From an uncultured Gammaproteobacteria bacterium (GTDB lineage: Bacteria > Patescibacteriota > Microgenomatia > CAZETR01): a stretch of 64,000 nucleotides of DNA. Location: assembly GCA_964514545.1 (NCBI GenBank), contig CAZETR010000011.1, positions 102,413 through 166,412 of the forward strand, written 5' to 3'. Below the pieces are notes generated by a model, which worked only from the letters and a program-made list of their open reading frames with translations, was not told where the DNA came from and ran no database searches. Below, piece by piece: positions 36,015 to 45,919 of the stretch (its first letter is position 1; each line of letters starts with the position of its first letter). The position numbers and the translations under genes are program-made.

Positions 36015-37060
36015 AGGTTTATGGGTAAATGTAATTTTCTGGTGATCTCGCGGGTTTTCTCTGCCAGTTTATAGATTTTGTACCATTTGAAATCGGTTAC
36101 CATGTCAAAACTACCAACGTAGGAAATCCAATTACCTCCGAACCCTTCCTTGAATTTTGTAAACCCTGCCCATGGATCTTGAGGCGAGTAATCAGGAGCT
36201 GCTGCTCCCCATAGATCAAACTTTTTGCAGCCTATTTTTTTTCCAAATAAAATTGATTCCCACATTATTCCGGAACTAGCCATTACTTCTTTGTGAGATT
36301 GGGATGATGCTCCGTAGGGATAATAGAGGGTGTCGTGGAACTTGAAAAGAATCCAAGCGGCCAGGATTTCATTTTGATATGTGGCGGTTAAGAGGTGGGC
36401 GCGCGGGTCGTCTGACCGCGCGAGGATTTGCCACATTTGTCGATGATAGTTCTCGTCATGTGAACGAAAGTTGTGGCGCTGGGTGGTGTGGGTAAACATT
36501 AAATCGAGATATGCTGAGAAGGCTTGATCAGAGTTGTTCTCGGTAATGATAACTTTATACTTTGTTGATAGTTTGATGTTGTAGCGTGTTTTCTCTTTCA
36601 TTGAAGCGAGGAGCTGCTCCTCTGTTTGAGAAAGATCAATCCAGAAACTGTGCGAGGCAAAAAATGGTTTTCCCGACTGGCACCCGTGTGCCAAAAGAAA
36701 GTTTGCAATTTGCTCGTGGCCTGACGGAGGGTGATCTCCCGTGATGACTCCCCCGACGTCTGGCTCGATTTTTATAAAAATTGCGTTTTTCTCAACTGCC
36801 AACCTCCTAAGTGATTCAAGAATCGGGGCGTTTGGCATCGGCCCACGAAGAAGCAGCCAAACTTTTTTCTCAGTATGGGGAAAGATTGTCGAATATAATT
36901 GAAGCCCCGAGATTATTTTCCCCGAGTTGAAAACACCCAAACGGATGACTTCACTTCCGCGATTTTTTCGGAATTCTCCCCATTCCCATGATTGTAGGGG
37001 GTGAGTGGCAACTGAATTAAATTGCTCTTTTTCTTCTTCTCGAACTTCCCTGATTATCAT
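36011..37060 (-). CDS. FemAB/FemX-family peptidoglycan branch aminoacyl-tRNA transferase
   Basis: HPLQSWEWGEF near the N-terminus and FDLWGA...WAGFTKFKEGFGG at the C-terminus. The track ORF extends to 37132; the homology start is probably MIIREV (~37060). Confidence 0.7.
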   Translation of the reverse strand: MIIREVREEEKEQFNSVATHPLQSWEWGEFRKNRGSEVIRLGVFNSGKIISGLQLYSTIFPHTEKKVWLLLRGPMPNAPILESLRRLAVEKNAIFIKIEPDVGGVITGDHPPSGHEQIANFLLAHGCQSGKPFFASHSFWIDLSQTEEQLLASMKEKTRYNIKLSTKYKVIITENNSDQAFSAYLDLMFTHTTQRHNFRSHDENYHRQMWQILARSDDPRAHLLTATYQNEILAAWILFKFHDTLYYPYGASSQSHKEVMASSGIMWESILFGKKIGCKKFDLWGAAAPDYSPQDPWAGFTKFKEGFGGNWISYVGSFDMVTDFKWYKIYKLAEKTREITRKLHLPINL

Positions 37061-37092
37061 TCGTCTTATTATCCGGTAAAAGCATCGCCTAA

Positions 37093-37800
37093 TCAATTCA
37101 AGATATAGACATCGACCAATCTTCGACTCCATTGGCCCATAAGACTATCGTAGCCCAGGTCCATGTGTTTCCCCTTGATGAGTCCCCCAGTATCACCTGC
37201 AATTGCCGTTCCATATCCAGGAACATAGAGACGCGATCGCAGGGGAATTACTTTGGGATCAACGGCTACAATACCAAATCCTTGTTTCATTCCAATTGCT
37301 GTGACGGTGTCGCACCCTTTGCAGGTGCTGTCGTAGGAGGTAGCCAAAACTTGGTCGATTTTGCACCAGTAACTTATGTCTCCGTCAATTGTATTTAGTG
37401 TTTTGAAGGTTTTTTTTGATCCTTTGACTATTATCCTGTCTGTTGGCTTGGTTATCTCGACTTTGTCGTTAATCTCTTCGTACTTCTGCCCGTAGTAATA
37501 ACTAAGCTTGGTAAAGACGACTTTTTCCCCACTTATTCCGTCCTGTTTAACCTCCACTTCCGAACAGGCGTCTTTGCTTGAATCGGTTTCTGTTTTTGTT
37601 TGATATGGGAGTGCTTTCTTGTTTTGCATTATTACTTCTGAGAATTGACTCTGAGTTTCCAAAGTTTCGGGAGGTAAGTAAACAAAAACCTGGTTGCTTT
37701 TGACAAATTTTAATGGGTCCAACCGGGGAGAGAAAAGAAAAAGAAGGCTAATTATAAATAGAAACATTGATCCCGTATGAATGACGAGTTTTCCTAACAT
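37093..37800 (-). CDS. G5 plus 3D-domain (RlpA/MltA-like double-psi beta-barrel) cell-wall protein
   Basis: N-terminal TM, a G5-like segment (VKQDGISGEKVVFTKLSYYYGQ...), then the 3D motif TASG-like ...GIVAVDPKVIPLRSRLYVPGYGTAIAGDTGGLIKGKHMDL. Confidence 0.6.
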   Translation of the reverse strand: MLGKLVIHTGSMFLFIISLLFLFSPRLDPLKFVKSNQVFVYLPPETLETQSQFSEVIMQNKKALPYQTKTETDSSKDACSEVEVKQDGISGEKVVFTKLSYYYGQKYEEINDKVEITKPTDRIIVKGSKKTFKTLNTIDGDISYWCKIDQVLATSYDSTCKGCDTVTAIGMKQGFGIVAVDPKVIPLRSRLYVPGYGTAIAGDTGGLIKGKHMDLGYDSLMGQWSRRLVDVYILN

Positions 37801-37807
37801 CTCAAGT

Positions 37808-39718
37808 TTAAAAAGGAAGGTCTTGAAGTTCTGAATCTAAAGAATCATAGTTTTGGCCAATTTGGTGTTTTTTCTTCCACTGTGTTGAAAAGTGCTGAAA
37901 TTCGCTAGCTGACGTTTGGGATTCAATTAAGTCTTCTGGGATGTCTGCTATGAATCTTGAGATTTCGTTCTGAGTTCGTTGGCCAAAATATAGTCTGCGA
38001 ATGGCATAACTTAAATATAGTTTTTCCTTGGCACGCGTGATGCCAACGTAGCACAATCGTCTTTCTTCTTCAAGCTCATTTTTGTCCATAAGAGAACGTG
38101 CGTGGGGGAAGAGTCCTTCTTCCATACCGACCAGAAAAACAACTGGAAATTCTAATCCCTTGGCTGAGTGCAAGGTCATAAGAGTCACTGCGCCTTCGGC
38201 GGAATGTTTCTTGCCACTCCTGGACTCTTTTTCAGTCAGAGATATATTTTCTAAAAACTCTGGGAGCCTGGGAAACTCCTCGGCTACCGACCTGAGTTCC
38301 TTAATGTTTTCCAAGCGGATCTGGTCGTCCGGGTCCTTAGGGTCAAAAAGTTCAAGATAGTTGGTGGCCTCAACAACTGAGTCCAGGAGTTCCAACGTGT
38401 TAAAATTATTATTTGCAATCCGATCTTTTGTCGCATCCCGAAATTCAAGAAATCTTCTGAATCTTCCTTTTCCAAACTTTTGTACTCTTTTTGCGGCGAT
38501 ATCATCTTTGGAATTTATTAACAATCTAAGGTAACCGAGAATGTCTTTAATTTCTTTTCTTTCGTAAAACCTGACCCCTCCCACTAAAATATACGGAATG
38601 GCTGAGTGAAGTAAAACCTCTTCAATGCATCGACTCTGGGCGTTAGTTCGATAAAGGATGGCAAAATCCGATAACGATTTGTTCTTTTGTTGCAGCAGGG
38701 AATTTAGTTCTTTTACGATAAACTGTGCCTCGTCAATCTCAGAAAGAGCTTCAAAAAGCTTAATTTTCTCTCCTCCAGTTTTCTGAGTCCAGAGTTTGAG
38801 AATAGGATGACCACTGTTTTTTTTAATAACAGAGGTGGCTGCGTCGAGGATTGTTTGGGTTGATCTATAATTCTGTTCGAGATTAATTGTCACCAGGTCG
38901 GGGTAATCGGACTTAAGATTAAGCAGGTTTTTGTAGTTTGCTCCTCTCCAGCCATAGATTGCCTGGCTGGCGTCGCCAACCACGGACAGGTTGCGCCATT
39001 TTGAAGCAAGCATTTTAGTTAGCTGATACTGAGCACGGTTTGTGTCCTGGTACTCATCGACTAAAAGATAACGATACTTGCTACGATATTTTTCCAGTAT
39101 TTTAGGTTCAGTTTGCCAAAGAACGACTGTTTTAAAAATTAAATCATCGAAGTCGAGGGCGTCGCGATCCTTTAAAATACTTTGGTATTGGATATAAACT
39201 TTGGTCACAATTTCCGTGAAGTAACCGCGAGCGTACTGGCCATATTCTATCGGACTAATTAGTTCGTTCTTGGCAGCTGATATGGCCCATGCGATCGCGC
39301 TTGGTTTTGTTTCTTTGGCCGAAATGTTTAGTTGATCCATTGCTTGTTTTACAGCTTCAAGCTTGTCCGATTCATCGTAAATGAGAAAGTTTTTGGAAAT
39401 AGAAATAGGAAGACCATCTTGACGCAAGATTTTGGCGCATAGGCTGTGAAATGTTCCAGCCCAGGGAAGGTGAGAATACTTTTCTCCAAGAAGATGGGCG
39501 ACTCTTCCTTTCATCTCCCCCGCGGCCTTATTTGTAAATGTCACCAGAAGAATCCGATCGGGACTGATTTCCAGCTTTTCGACCAGATAAGCCACCCTAT
39601 ACACCAAGACCCTCGTTTTGCCTGAACCGGCTCCGGCTAAAACAAGAAGAGGGCCATCGCCGTGGGTGACAGCTTTTTCTTGCACCGGATTAAGGTCGTT
39701 AACAAAATCTGATTTCAT
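37808..39718 (-). CDS. pcrA: ATP-dependent DNA helicase PcrA/UvrD (superfamily 1)
   Basis: LNPVQEKAV...LVLAGAGSGKTRVL (Walker A), LLVDEYQDTN, and helicase motifs III-VI. 636 aa. Confidence 0.9.
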   Translation of the reverse strand: MKSDFVNDLNPVQEKAVTHGDGPLLVLAGAGSGKTRVLVYRVAYLVEKLEISPDRILLVTFTNKAAGEMKGRVAHLLGEKYSHLPWAGTFHSLCAKILRQDGLPISISKNFLIYDESDKLEAVKQAMDQLNISAKETKPSAIAWAISAAKNELISPIEYGQYARGYFTEIVTKVYIQYQSILKDRDALDFDDLIFKTVVLWQTEPKILEKYRSKYRYLLVDEYQDTNRAQYQLTKMLASKWRNLSVVGDASQAIYGWRGANYKNLLNLKSDYPDLVTINLEQNYRSTQTILDAATSVIKKNSGHPILKLWTQKTGGEKIKLFEALSEIDEAQFIVKELNSLLQQKNKSLSDFAILYRTNAQSRCIEEVLLHSAIPYILVGGVRFYERKEIKDILGYLRLLINSKDDIAAKRVQKFGKGRFRRFLEFRDATKDRIANNNFNTLELLDSVVEATNYLELFDPKDPDDQIRLENIKELRSVAEEFPRLPEFLENISLTEKESRSGKKHSAEGAVTLMTLHSAKGLEFPVVFLVGMEEGLFPHARSLMDKNELEEERRLCYVGITRAKEKLYLSYAIRRLYFGQRTQNEISRFIADIPEDLIESQTSASEFQHFSTQWKKKHQIGQNYDSLDSELQDLPF

Positions 39719-39733
39719 AGTCTACAATTACTA

Positions 39734-40834
39734 TTGCCAATGGAAGCGCAATCTATTGTACCAGAGAAGAAAGAAGACAAAGTTTACTTAGTTGATATGG
39801 GTGTTTCGAGAGTTAGACGAAAACTTTTAAAGCACTATTTGTTACTAAGAATCCTTTTAGTTGTATCTATTTTATCCGCTCTAAGTTTATTCATAGGTTT
39901 TTTGTTTCCTAGCATTTCGGTGGGATTAAACGAGATCTTTACTGCTCCCAAACTGGCTATAGATTTTGTTATTGGAAGAACTAATTTACTTAAACAGGAC
40001 GGGGGCCGGGTCAATTTTTTAATTCTGGGATTAACTGATGAGAGTAAAAAGGGCGAAGACCTGACTGATTCAATTATTTTTGTTTCCATCGATATGAAAA
40101 GTGGTGACTCCGCGCTAGTTTCCATTCCAAGGGATGTTTGGGTAGATAGCATGAAGGCGAAAATTAATACAGCTTTCCATTACGGCGAGCTAAAGAAACC
40201 CGGTGGGGGCGGTCTAATTTTGGCTAAATCGTCTGTAGCCGAGCTGCTTGGTCAGCCAGTGCATTATGCATTGGTAATAAATTTTGATGGTTTTCGAAAA
40301 ATTATAGATAGTTTAGGGGGAGTTGACGTTGACGTAGAAAGGACATTCGATGATTTTAAGTATCCTGTGGTTGGTAATGAGACAGCCCAACCCGAATCTG
40401 ATCGCTATAAACATTTGCACTTTGATAAGGGGACCCAACACATGGACGGTGTGAGGGCCCTGGAATATGTCCGTAGCCGGCAGGCGGAAGGCGAGGAGGG
40501 AACTGATTTTGCAAGGAGTGAGAGACAAAAAAGATTAATCTTAGCTGTGAAGAAAAAGGCATTGTCAGCTGAGATTCTGCTTAATCCCAAAAGGGTTTTA
40601 GAGTTGAAGCTGGTTGGAAATGGATTAATTTTAAGTGATATTTCAGAAAGAGAATTCGCAGTAATGGGTAGAACACTGTTTCGGGCTCTCAATAAGTCTC
40701 CTAGGCTAGTGAGCGTTTCTAGTTTCTTGATTAACCCTCTCCCGGGCATGTATCAGGGCCAATATGTTTTGGTTCCAAAATCAGGAACTTGGAATGAGAT
40801 AAGGGGATATGTAAACGGCTTAGTTAAAGAGTAA
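39734..40834 (+). CDS. LytR-CpsA-Psr (LCP) family cell-wall polymer phosphotransferase
   Basis: NFLILGLTD...DSIIFVSID...VSIPRDVWV...YALVINFDGFRKIIDSLGGVDVDV are LCP-domain motifs behind an N-terminal TM helix. Confidence 0.8.
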   Translation: MPMEAQSIVPEKKEDKVYLVDMGVSRVRRKLLKHYLLLRILLVVSILSALSLFIGFLFPSISVGLNEIFTAPKLAIDFVIGRTNLLKQDGGRVNFLILGLTDESKKGEDLTDSIIFVSIDMKSGDSALVSIPRDVWVDSMKAKINTAFHYGELKKPGGGGLILAKSSVAELLGQPVHYALVINFDGFRKIIDSLGGVDVDVERTFDDFKYPVVGNETAQPESDRYKHLHFDKGTQHMDGVRALEYVRSRQAEGEEGTDFARSERQKRLILAVKKKALSAEILLNPKRVLELKLVGNGLILSDISEREFAVMGRTLFRALNKSPRLVSVSSFLINPLPGMYQGQYVLVPKSGTWNEIRGYVNGLVKE

Positions 40835-40857
40835 TACTTGATGTAACGTTTGTATTT

Positions 40858-42951
40858 CTAGATATCAACCTGGTAAATGCGGGTGCCAGAATACTCAAAA
40901 ACTTTTTTTCCCAGTTTAACAATTTTGTCTTCGTTTAGATTTTCGGAGTACTTTTCCCTCTCTTTCTCACCTATTACAATGTATTTTACCCGGTATTTTG
41001 CAAGTATGTCTTTTGTTTCTTGGTCGGAGCCATTCGTATAGATCTTCTCAACTTCGGTTATTCTAGCACTGACCTGGTCGTACCCGCCCCTCCAGAGCCA
41101 TTCGTGGACAGCCCAACCGACAATAGTGGGAAGCCCGGTCATGGCGGACACCCGATTAAATGTGGTGTAGGAATCTCCGGGGGCTTCTAAAACAACTGGT
41201 TGATCATTAACGTTTTTTTTGAACCAGTAGATTGCGGCTAGATCTCCCTTTGAGTCGTCTAAAAAACGCATGCCATAGAGACCTTTATAATCCTTAAGTT
41301 CTCCATAGTAGGATTTGATCGCAGACCACGGATAAATCGCAATTAGAGAAAATCCCGCAATGAAAATTAGAGTCCAGGCTTTCTTGATGAAACCTGAAAT
41401 CATATTCTTTTCACTGAGAACTCGCCAAATGATATATCCCCCTGTAACAGAAAAAAGAATAAAGGATTGGTAAACAAGCTTGAACATCGTGTTGGCTCGG
41501 TGGTAATCGGCAATATAGATATCCTTGACATAGATAATTTCGGGAAGTACCACTAAGACCCATCCGATAGAGATCCAGGCTAGTATAACTAGGTCGGCCT
41601 GGTTTATTTTTTGTTTGTTTCTACGATAAAGTATAAAAATAAAACTAAGAAAGCTAACCGTAAGAAGTAGCGGCCACCCATAGAGAATTGCGAGCTGGTA
41701 CACTGCTGATCTGGCATTTACAAACTTGATTCCTTCTGCAATTTGTCTAAAGTTAAGAAGAAATCCAAGAGCGGTAATTAAAGAAAAGATAAGGACAATC
41801 GCCCCCCGCCACATAGTTTCTTTTATAGCTTTCATAAATCCCCCTTGTTTCCATTCGAGAAAAAGAAGGGTGACTGCAAAAGTAAGTCCGTAGATGGGAA
41901 AATCCCAATAATTAGTCATTAACATGACTCCGAGAAGAAACCCAAATGGCAATGTTGCAATTATCTTTTCTCTACCCCCACTTTTTTGACTCTGGGTATC
42001 TTTTTCATATGACAGATTTGCTAAAAGCGCCAGGAACAGGAGGACAAAAGGAATATCGCTAACGTGACCATGAAGGTCTGCTACTACATAGCTATAAATA
42101 GGAAACTCGTGGATTGTATGGGGAATGAAGCGGGTGGCATTGGGATACCAATATGTTTGCGGGTTCCAGCCCATTTCTAATTTCCACGGTGGAACAGGCT
42201 TGTCGGGATCGTAAGCCCTGAAAAAGGCGTAAATTGTATGCCAATTTCCGCCGATATTAACAAGGAATGCGGCAAGTAAACCGCATAAAAGTAAAATTAT
42301 TCTTTTGGTGTTCCTTCGTGAGAGGTGGATGATATTTGAAGCTATTGAGAAAGTTCCGACCATGCCCAGTGCAAACAGGTGAGATAAAGACAGGTTGTAT
42401 GTAACTGATGGCTCGATCCCTGATAATTTTGTGATGAGGGCCGAGAGGTAGTGGCCAAAGTAGTAGTAATTGATCTGGCCTCCTGCCCACCACATGTCTA
42501 TTGGAGGAAAGAACTTTGAACGAAGTAAGGAATTGACAAATCCGAAGTCCATGAATTTCTCGAGACCTTCAATGTCCGGCTGGTGAGCCCGGACTATTGA
42601 CCAGCTGAATAAACAAACAGCAAAGAGAGCCTCTTCAAATAAAATTACTCTCCAGTTTTTAGTGTGCCAGGAGATAAACTCTTTCTTGTTTTTCTTGGAA
42701 ACCAGAAACCAACTAGCGATTCCGCTTATGATAATCCCCCCCCAAATTGTGGAAGGTGTGAATGGAGCTATTCTCACGATAGCTAAGATCCAGACTATCC
42801 AGCCAATAATAGCAAGTCCCGCGATTTTTGAAAATGCATATCCGCGATCCCAGAAGTTATTAAAGTAACACCAAACAAGTGGCCACGAAACGACTCCAAT
42901 CAAAAAAAGAAAGAACCACCAATAGGTAATTGCAATGATGTCGGACTTCAT
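40858..42951 (-). CDS. DUF2298 / 'YYY-domain' large polytopic membrane protein (putative GT-C-like glycosyltransferase)
   Basis: 697 aa with more than 12 TM helices. GGQINYYYFGHYL is the hallmark of the Chloroflexi/Archaea YYY-domain family. Confidence 0.65.
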   Translation of the reverse strand: MKSDIIAITYWWFFLFLIGVVSWPLVWCYFNNFWDRGYAFSKIAGLAIIGWIVWILAIVRIAPFTPSTIWGGIIISGIASWFLVSKKNKKEFISWHTKNWRVILFEEALFAVCLFSWSIVRAHQPDIEGLEKFMDFGFVNSLLRSKFFPPIDMWWAGGQINYYYFGHYLSALITKLSGIEPSVTYNLSLSHLFALGMVGTFSIASNIIHLSRRNTKRIILLLCGLLAAFLVNIGGNWHTIYAFFRAYDPDKPVPPWKLEMGWNPQTYWYPNATRFIPHTIHEFPIYSYVVADLHGHVSDIPFVLLFLALLANLSYEKDTQSQKSGGREKIIATLPFGFLLGVMLMTNYWDFPIYGLTFAVTLLFLEWKQGGFMKAIKETMWRGAIVLIFSLITALGFLLNFRQIAEGIKFVNARSAVYQLAILYGWPLLLTVSFLSFIFILYRRNKQKINQADLVILAWISIGWVLVVLPEIIYVKDIYIADYHRANTMFKLVYQSFILFSVTGGYIIWRVLSEKNMISGFIKKAWTLIFIAGFSLIAIYPWSAIKSYYGELKDYKGLYGMRFLDDSKGDLAAIYWFKKNVNDQPVVLEAPGDSYTTFNRVSAMTGLPTIVGWAVHEWLWRGGYDQVSARITEVEKIYTNGSDQETKDILAKYRVKYIVIGEKEREKYSENLNEDKIVKLGKKVFEYSGTRIYQVDI

Positions 42952-43409
42952 ATTTCGCGCACATGTTTCCCGTTGTCAACAACTACCATAATTCTGGCTG
43001 GAGTGTGTTTTTTTAAATAATCAGCAGTGAACAATTCGTCTTCATAAAATTCGGATATTCTCTTTTCCTTAATTTTTTCGGCTTTAAACTGATGTGGTTG
43101 GTGATTATCGATATTAATAAGCACTTGACTAAAATATTGAGTAAGGTGGTATTTTTCCAGCCACCAAAGAGTTAGGTTTTCTAGAAACGAGAGGCGACCG
43201 GTAATCAAATATAATTTATTTCCTTTCACTTTTAAGGATCTGAGTTTATTAATTAAGATCCAACTAGGGCGGCGAAGGCCCAAGACTAAGGCCCAAAACC
43301 ACTGCTCGGGAGTGGAGAGGTGAATGCGATACTGCCCCTGCGTGTGGTTGAGCTTAAAAATTAGTGGTCTGGCTGCAATTACCCCGTCAAGATCAAAGCC
43401 AATGTTCAT
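42948..43409 (-). CDS. HAD-superfamily hydrolase (nucleotidase-like)
   Basis: The N-terminal motif I IGFDLDGVIA (DxDGV) identifies HAD. 153 aa. Confidence 0.5.
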   Translation of the reverse strand: MNIGFDLDGVIAARPLIFKLNHTQGQYRIHLSTPEQWFWALVLGLRRPSWILINKLRSLKVKGNKLYLITGRLSFLENLTLWWLEKYHLTQYFSQVLINIDNHQPHQFKAEKIKEKRISEFYEDELFTADYLKKHTPARIMVVVDNGKHVREI

Positions 43410-43425
43410 GAGATAATTATATCCT

Positions 43426-44559
43426 ATGAAGATTTTAATTCTGAGCTCATATTTTTTTCCCTATATTAGCGGGATGGCCCTTTATGCCCGGAGTATGTCA
43501 AACGTTCTAGCAGAACTGGGTCATGAGGTGACTGTTTTAACAAATCTGCACGATACAGAGTTGAAAGCCTGGGAATTTGACGGAGGAGTTAAAGTCGTTC
43601 GGGCAAAAATTGCTTTCATGGTTTCGAAATCGCCAGTTTCCGGTGAGCTCTTGAAAATACTGCGACAGAAAATTCTCCTGAGTGATTTAGTGGTAATTAA
43701 TCTTCCATCGCTTGAGGGAGTTTGGGCGACTATCTTGGCAAGGGTTTATCGAAAAAGGATACTAGTAGTTCATCATTGTGACCCCGTAGTGACGGGGATT
43801 TTTGGCTTTGCGATTACCTGGGTGGCTATCTGGATTAATTTTTTTGTCTGCCTACTCGCCGATAGAATCGTGACTTATACTTTGGACTACGCTTATAATT
43901 CACCATCGCTAAAATGGTTTAAGCAAAAAACGATTGCTATTTTACCTCCAATTAAAGTCGGCCGGATAGACAAAAAGGTTGTTGAAACAATAAAAAAAAA
44001 GATTGGAAAAACAAATATTGTATTTGGCTTCGCTGGAAGATTTTCCGCTGATAAAGGAATTCGGTTCCTGCTTGAGACCATACCAATCATTGAAAGATCA
44101 ATAAGCAATTTTAAAGTCGCAGTAGCGGGCCCGACTAATCCAATCGGTGAGACTTATTTTGACGAGCTTTTGTTCTTGCGGAACAAATACTCGAAACGAT
44201 TGGTTTTTCTGAATACGCTTGAGCCCGCAGAGATGGTCAACTTTTATCGATGTCTTAATTGTTTAGTTTTGCCTTCTATAAATCGAACCGAGTCTTTTGG
44301 GATGGTTCAGGCAGAAGCACTACTTTGCGAAGTGCCAGTTGTGGCTAGCGATTTGCCCGGAGTCCGCTATTGTGTGAAGGAAACAGGAGGAGGGCTCATT
44401 GTGCCTTCTGGGAAGATTAATCTATTAGCGAAAGCAATGATTTTGGTCGCTGCCAATCGCCAGAACTTTAGACCGACGAATTTGCAAATTTTCTCTATTA
44501 AAAACTTCGTAACCTCTATGTCTGACCTCGTGAACCTAGCTACACGTTCTAAAATCTGA
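43426..44559 (+). CDS. glycosyltransferase family 4 (GT-B, retaining)
   Basis: The C-terminal domain carries FGFAGRFSADKGI...ESFGMVQAEALLCEVPVVASDLPG (E-x7-E). Confidence 0.8.
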   Translation: MKILILSSYFFPYISGMALYARSMSNVLAELGHEVTVLTNLHDTELKAWEFDGGVKVVRAKIAFMVSKSPVSGELLKILRQKILLSDLVVINLPSLEGVWATILARVYRKRILVVHHCDPVVTGIFGFAITWVAIWINFFVCLLADRIVTYTLDYAYNSPSLKWFKQKTIAILPPIKVGRIDKKVVETIKKKIGKTNIVFGFAGRFSADKGIRFLLETIPIIERSISNFKVAVAGPTNPIGETYFDELLFLRNKYSKRLVFLNTLEPAEMVNFYRCLNCLVLPSINRTESFGMVQAEALLCEVPVVASDLPGVRYCVKETGGGLIVPSGKINLLAKAMILVAANRQNFRPTNLQIFSIKNFVTSMSDLVNLATRSKI

Positions 44560-44563
44560 AAGG

Positions 44564-44965
44564 CTATCGCTTTGGAGATTGCTTCTTGCGTCTGGATTTT
44601 CCTCCCATTCCTACCATTCGTCGCTGACGTTCGCGGGGATCGCGTGTGAGAAGATCATGTTGACGCAGTTTTGGTTTGAAGTCCGGGTTTGCCACGGCCA
44701 GCGCCCTGGAAACTCCTAAAACTATGGCTTCTAATTGGCTGGCGGTTCCTCCACCTTCAACGACCGCCGAAAAATGATACTTGTCTTTAACTTCGCAGGC
44801 CATGAATGGCTTATTTAGCGCTTCTTTAGAAATGACTCCCGGGAAAATCTGTAATGCTGGTTTGCCATTGATTAAATCCTCTCCCTTGCCCGACGTTAAC
44901 CTAATTCTAGCCGTGGCTTCTTTACGTCGACCGATTGTTGAAATGAAATCCGTTTTTGGACTCAT
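44564..44965 (-). CDS. rpsI: 30S ribosomal protein S9
   Basis: GRRKEATARIRL...GGGTASQLEAIVLGVSRAL...RRKKQSPKR. Confidence 0.9.
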   Translation of the reverse strand: MSPKTDFISTIGRRKEATARIRLTSGKGEDLINGKPALQIFPGVISKEALNKPFMACEVKDKYHFSAVVEGGGTASQLEAIVLGVSRALAVANPDFKPKLRQHDLLTRDPRERQRRMVGMGGKSRRKKQSPKR

Positions 44966-45384
44966 GATTTCTTTACTAATTTATCTGAATACGGGTGGCT
45001 CTCGTCCGCGTAGATGTGGAGTCGTTTGAGCATGCGGTCGTGAAGTTTATTTCTGGGAAGCATCCCGGACACCGCTAACCGCAGTACTCTGTCTGGGTGC
45101 GTCTCATTCAATTTACCAAGTGTATCCCTGCGTAACCCTCCCGGAAATCCGGAATAGCGAAAGTATTCCTTTTGCTTGACTTTTTTCCCTGTCGTGACAA
45201 CTCCTCTGGCATTGATAACGACAACGTGATCACCGGCTTCTAGGTGGGTAACGTAGACGGGCTTGTGTTTTCCCATGAGAAGTGGGGCTATTTGAGATGC
45301 TAAGCGTCCAAGCACCTGGTCATTTGCATCGATTAAGTGCCAAAGAGGCACGAAACTGTTTTGGGAAGGAGTGAAGGTCTTCAT
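44962..45384 (-). CDS. rplM: 50S ribosomal protein L13
   Basis: WHLIDANDQVLGRLASQIAPLLMGKHKP...GDHVVVINA. Confidence 0.9.
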   Translation of the reverse strand: MKTFTPSQNSFVPLWHLIDANDQVLGRLASQIAPLLMGKHKPVYVTHLEAGDHVVVINARGVVTTGKKVKQKEYFRYSGFPGGLRRDTLGKLNETHPDRVLRLAVSGMLPRNKLHDRMLKRLHIYADESHPYSDKLVKKS

Positions 45385-45396
45385 GGAAAACTGCGT

Positions 45397-45873
45397 TTAG
45401 GCCGGCACCTTTCGGGATTTGCCGGCGGCTATTTTAGTTGCTTTTTTCCTAGCTGGATCATGCTTTGGTGCTGCGCTGGAAGGCGATTTGCTTTCCTTTA
45501 AATGATGCAAGGCGCTGTTGGGTTTGGGCTTTTCTATTTTGCTGGAAAATTCAACTCTTACAATTAAGGCATTGTCTCCCTTGCGTTTGCCGATGTTAGT
45601 GATACGGGTGTAGCCACTACTGCGGGTTTTGAGTGAAGGGGCTATTTCTTTAATAATTTTTTCGCTGTTCGTTTCATCCTCAAGAAAAGAGTGGACTTGG
45701 CGAAAAGCATTCTGTGTTTCTTTTTTGGCTTGAGTAATCAGGCTATCGATGACTCCCCTTATAGCTTTGGCCTTGACGTCGGTGGTCTCAATGGTTTCGT
45801 TTCTAATAAGCGCGTTAATTAACCCTCTAACTAGGGCTTTGCGTTCATTAAAATCTCGAGAAAGTTGGGGCAT
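45397..45873 (-). CDS. rplQ: 50S ribosomal protein L17 with a Lys/Ala-rich C-terminal extension
   Basis: ...SSGYTRITNIGKRKGDNALIVRVEF core. The track ORF extends to 45963; the homology start is MPQLSRDFNERK (~45873). Confidence 0.85.
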   Translation of the reverse strand: MPQLSRDFNERKALVRGLINALIRNETIETTDVKAKAIRGVIDSLITQAKKETQNAFRQVHSFLEDETNSEKIIKEIAPSLKTRSSGYTRITNIGKRKGDNALIVRVEFSSKIEKPKPNSALHHLKESKSPSSAAPKHDPARKKATKIAAGKSRKVPA

Positions 45874-45919
45874 ATGTTGAAATTGAAGCTGAATTAAATT
45901 TTCAGGGGCAGAGGAAAAT

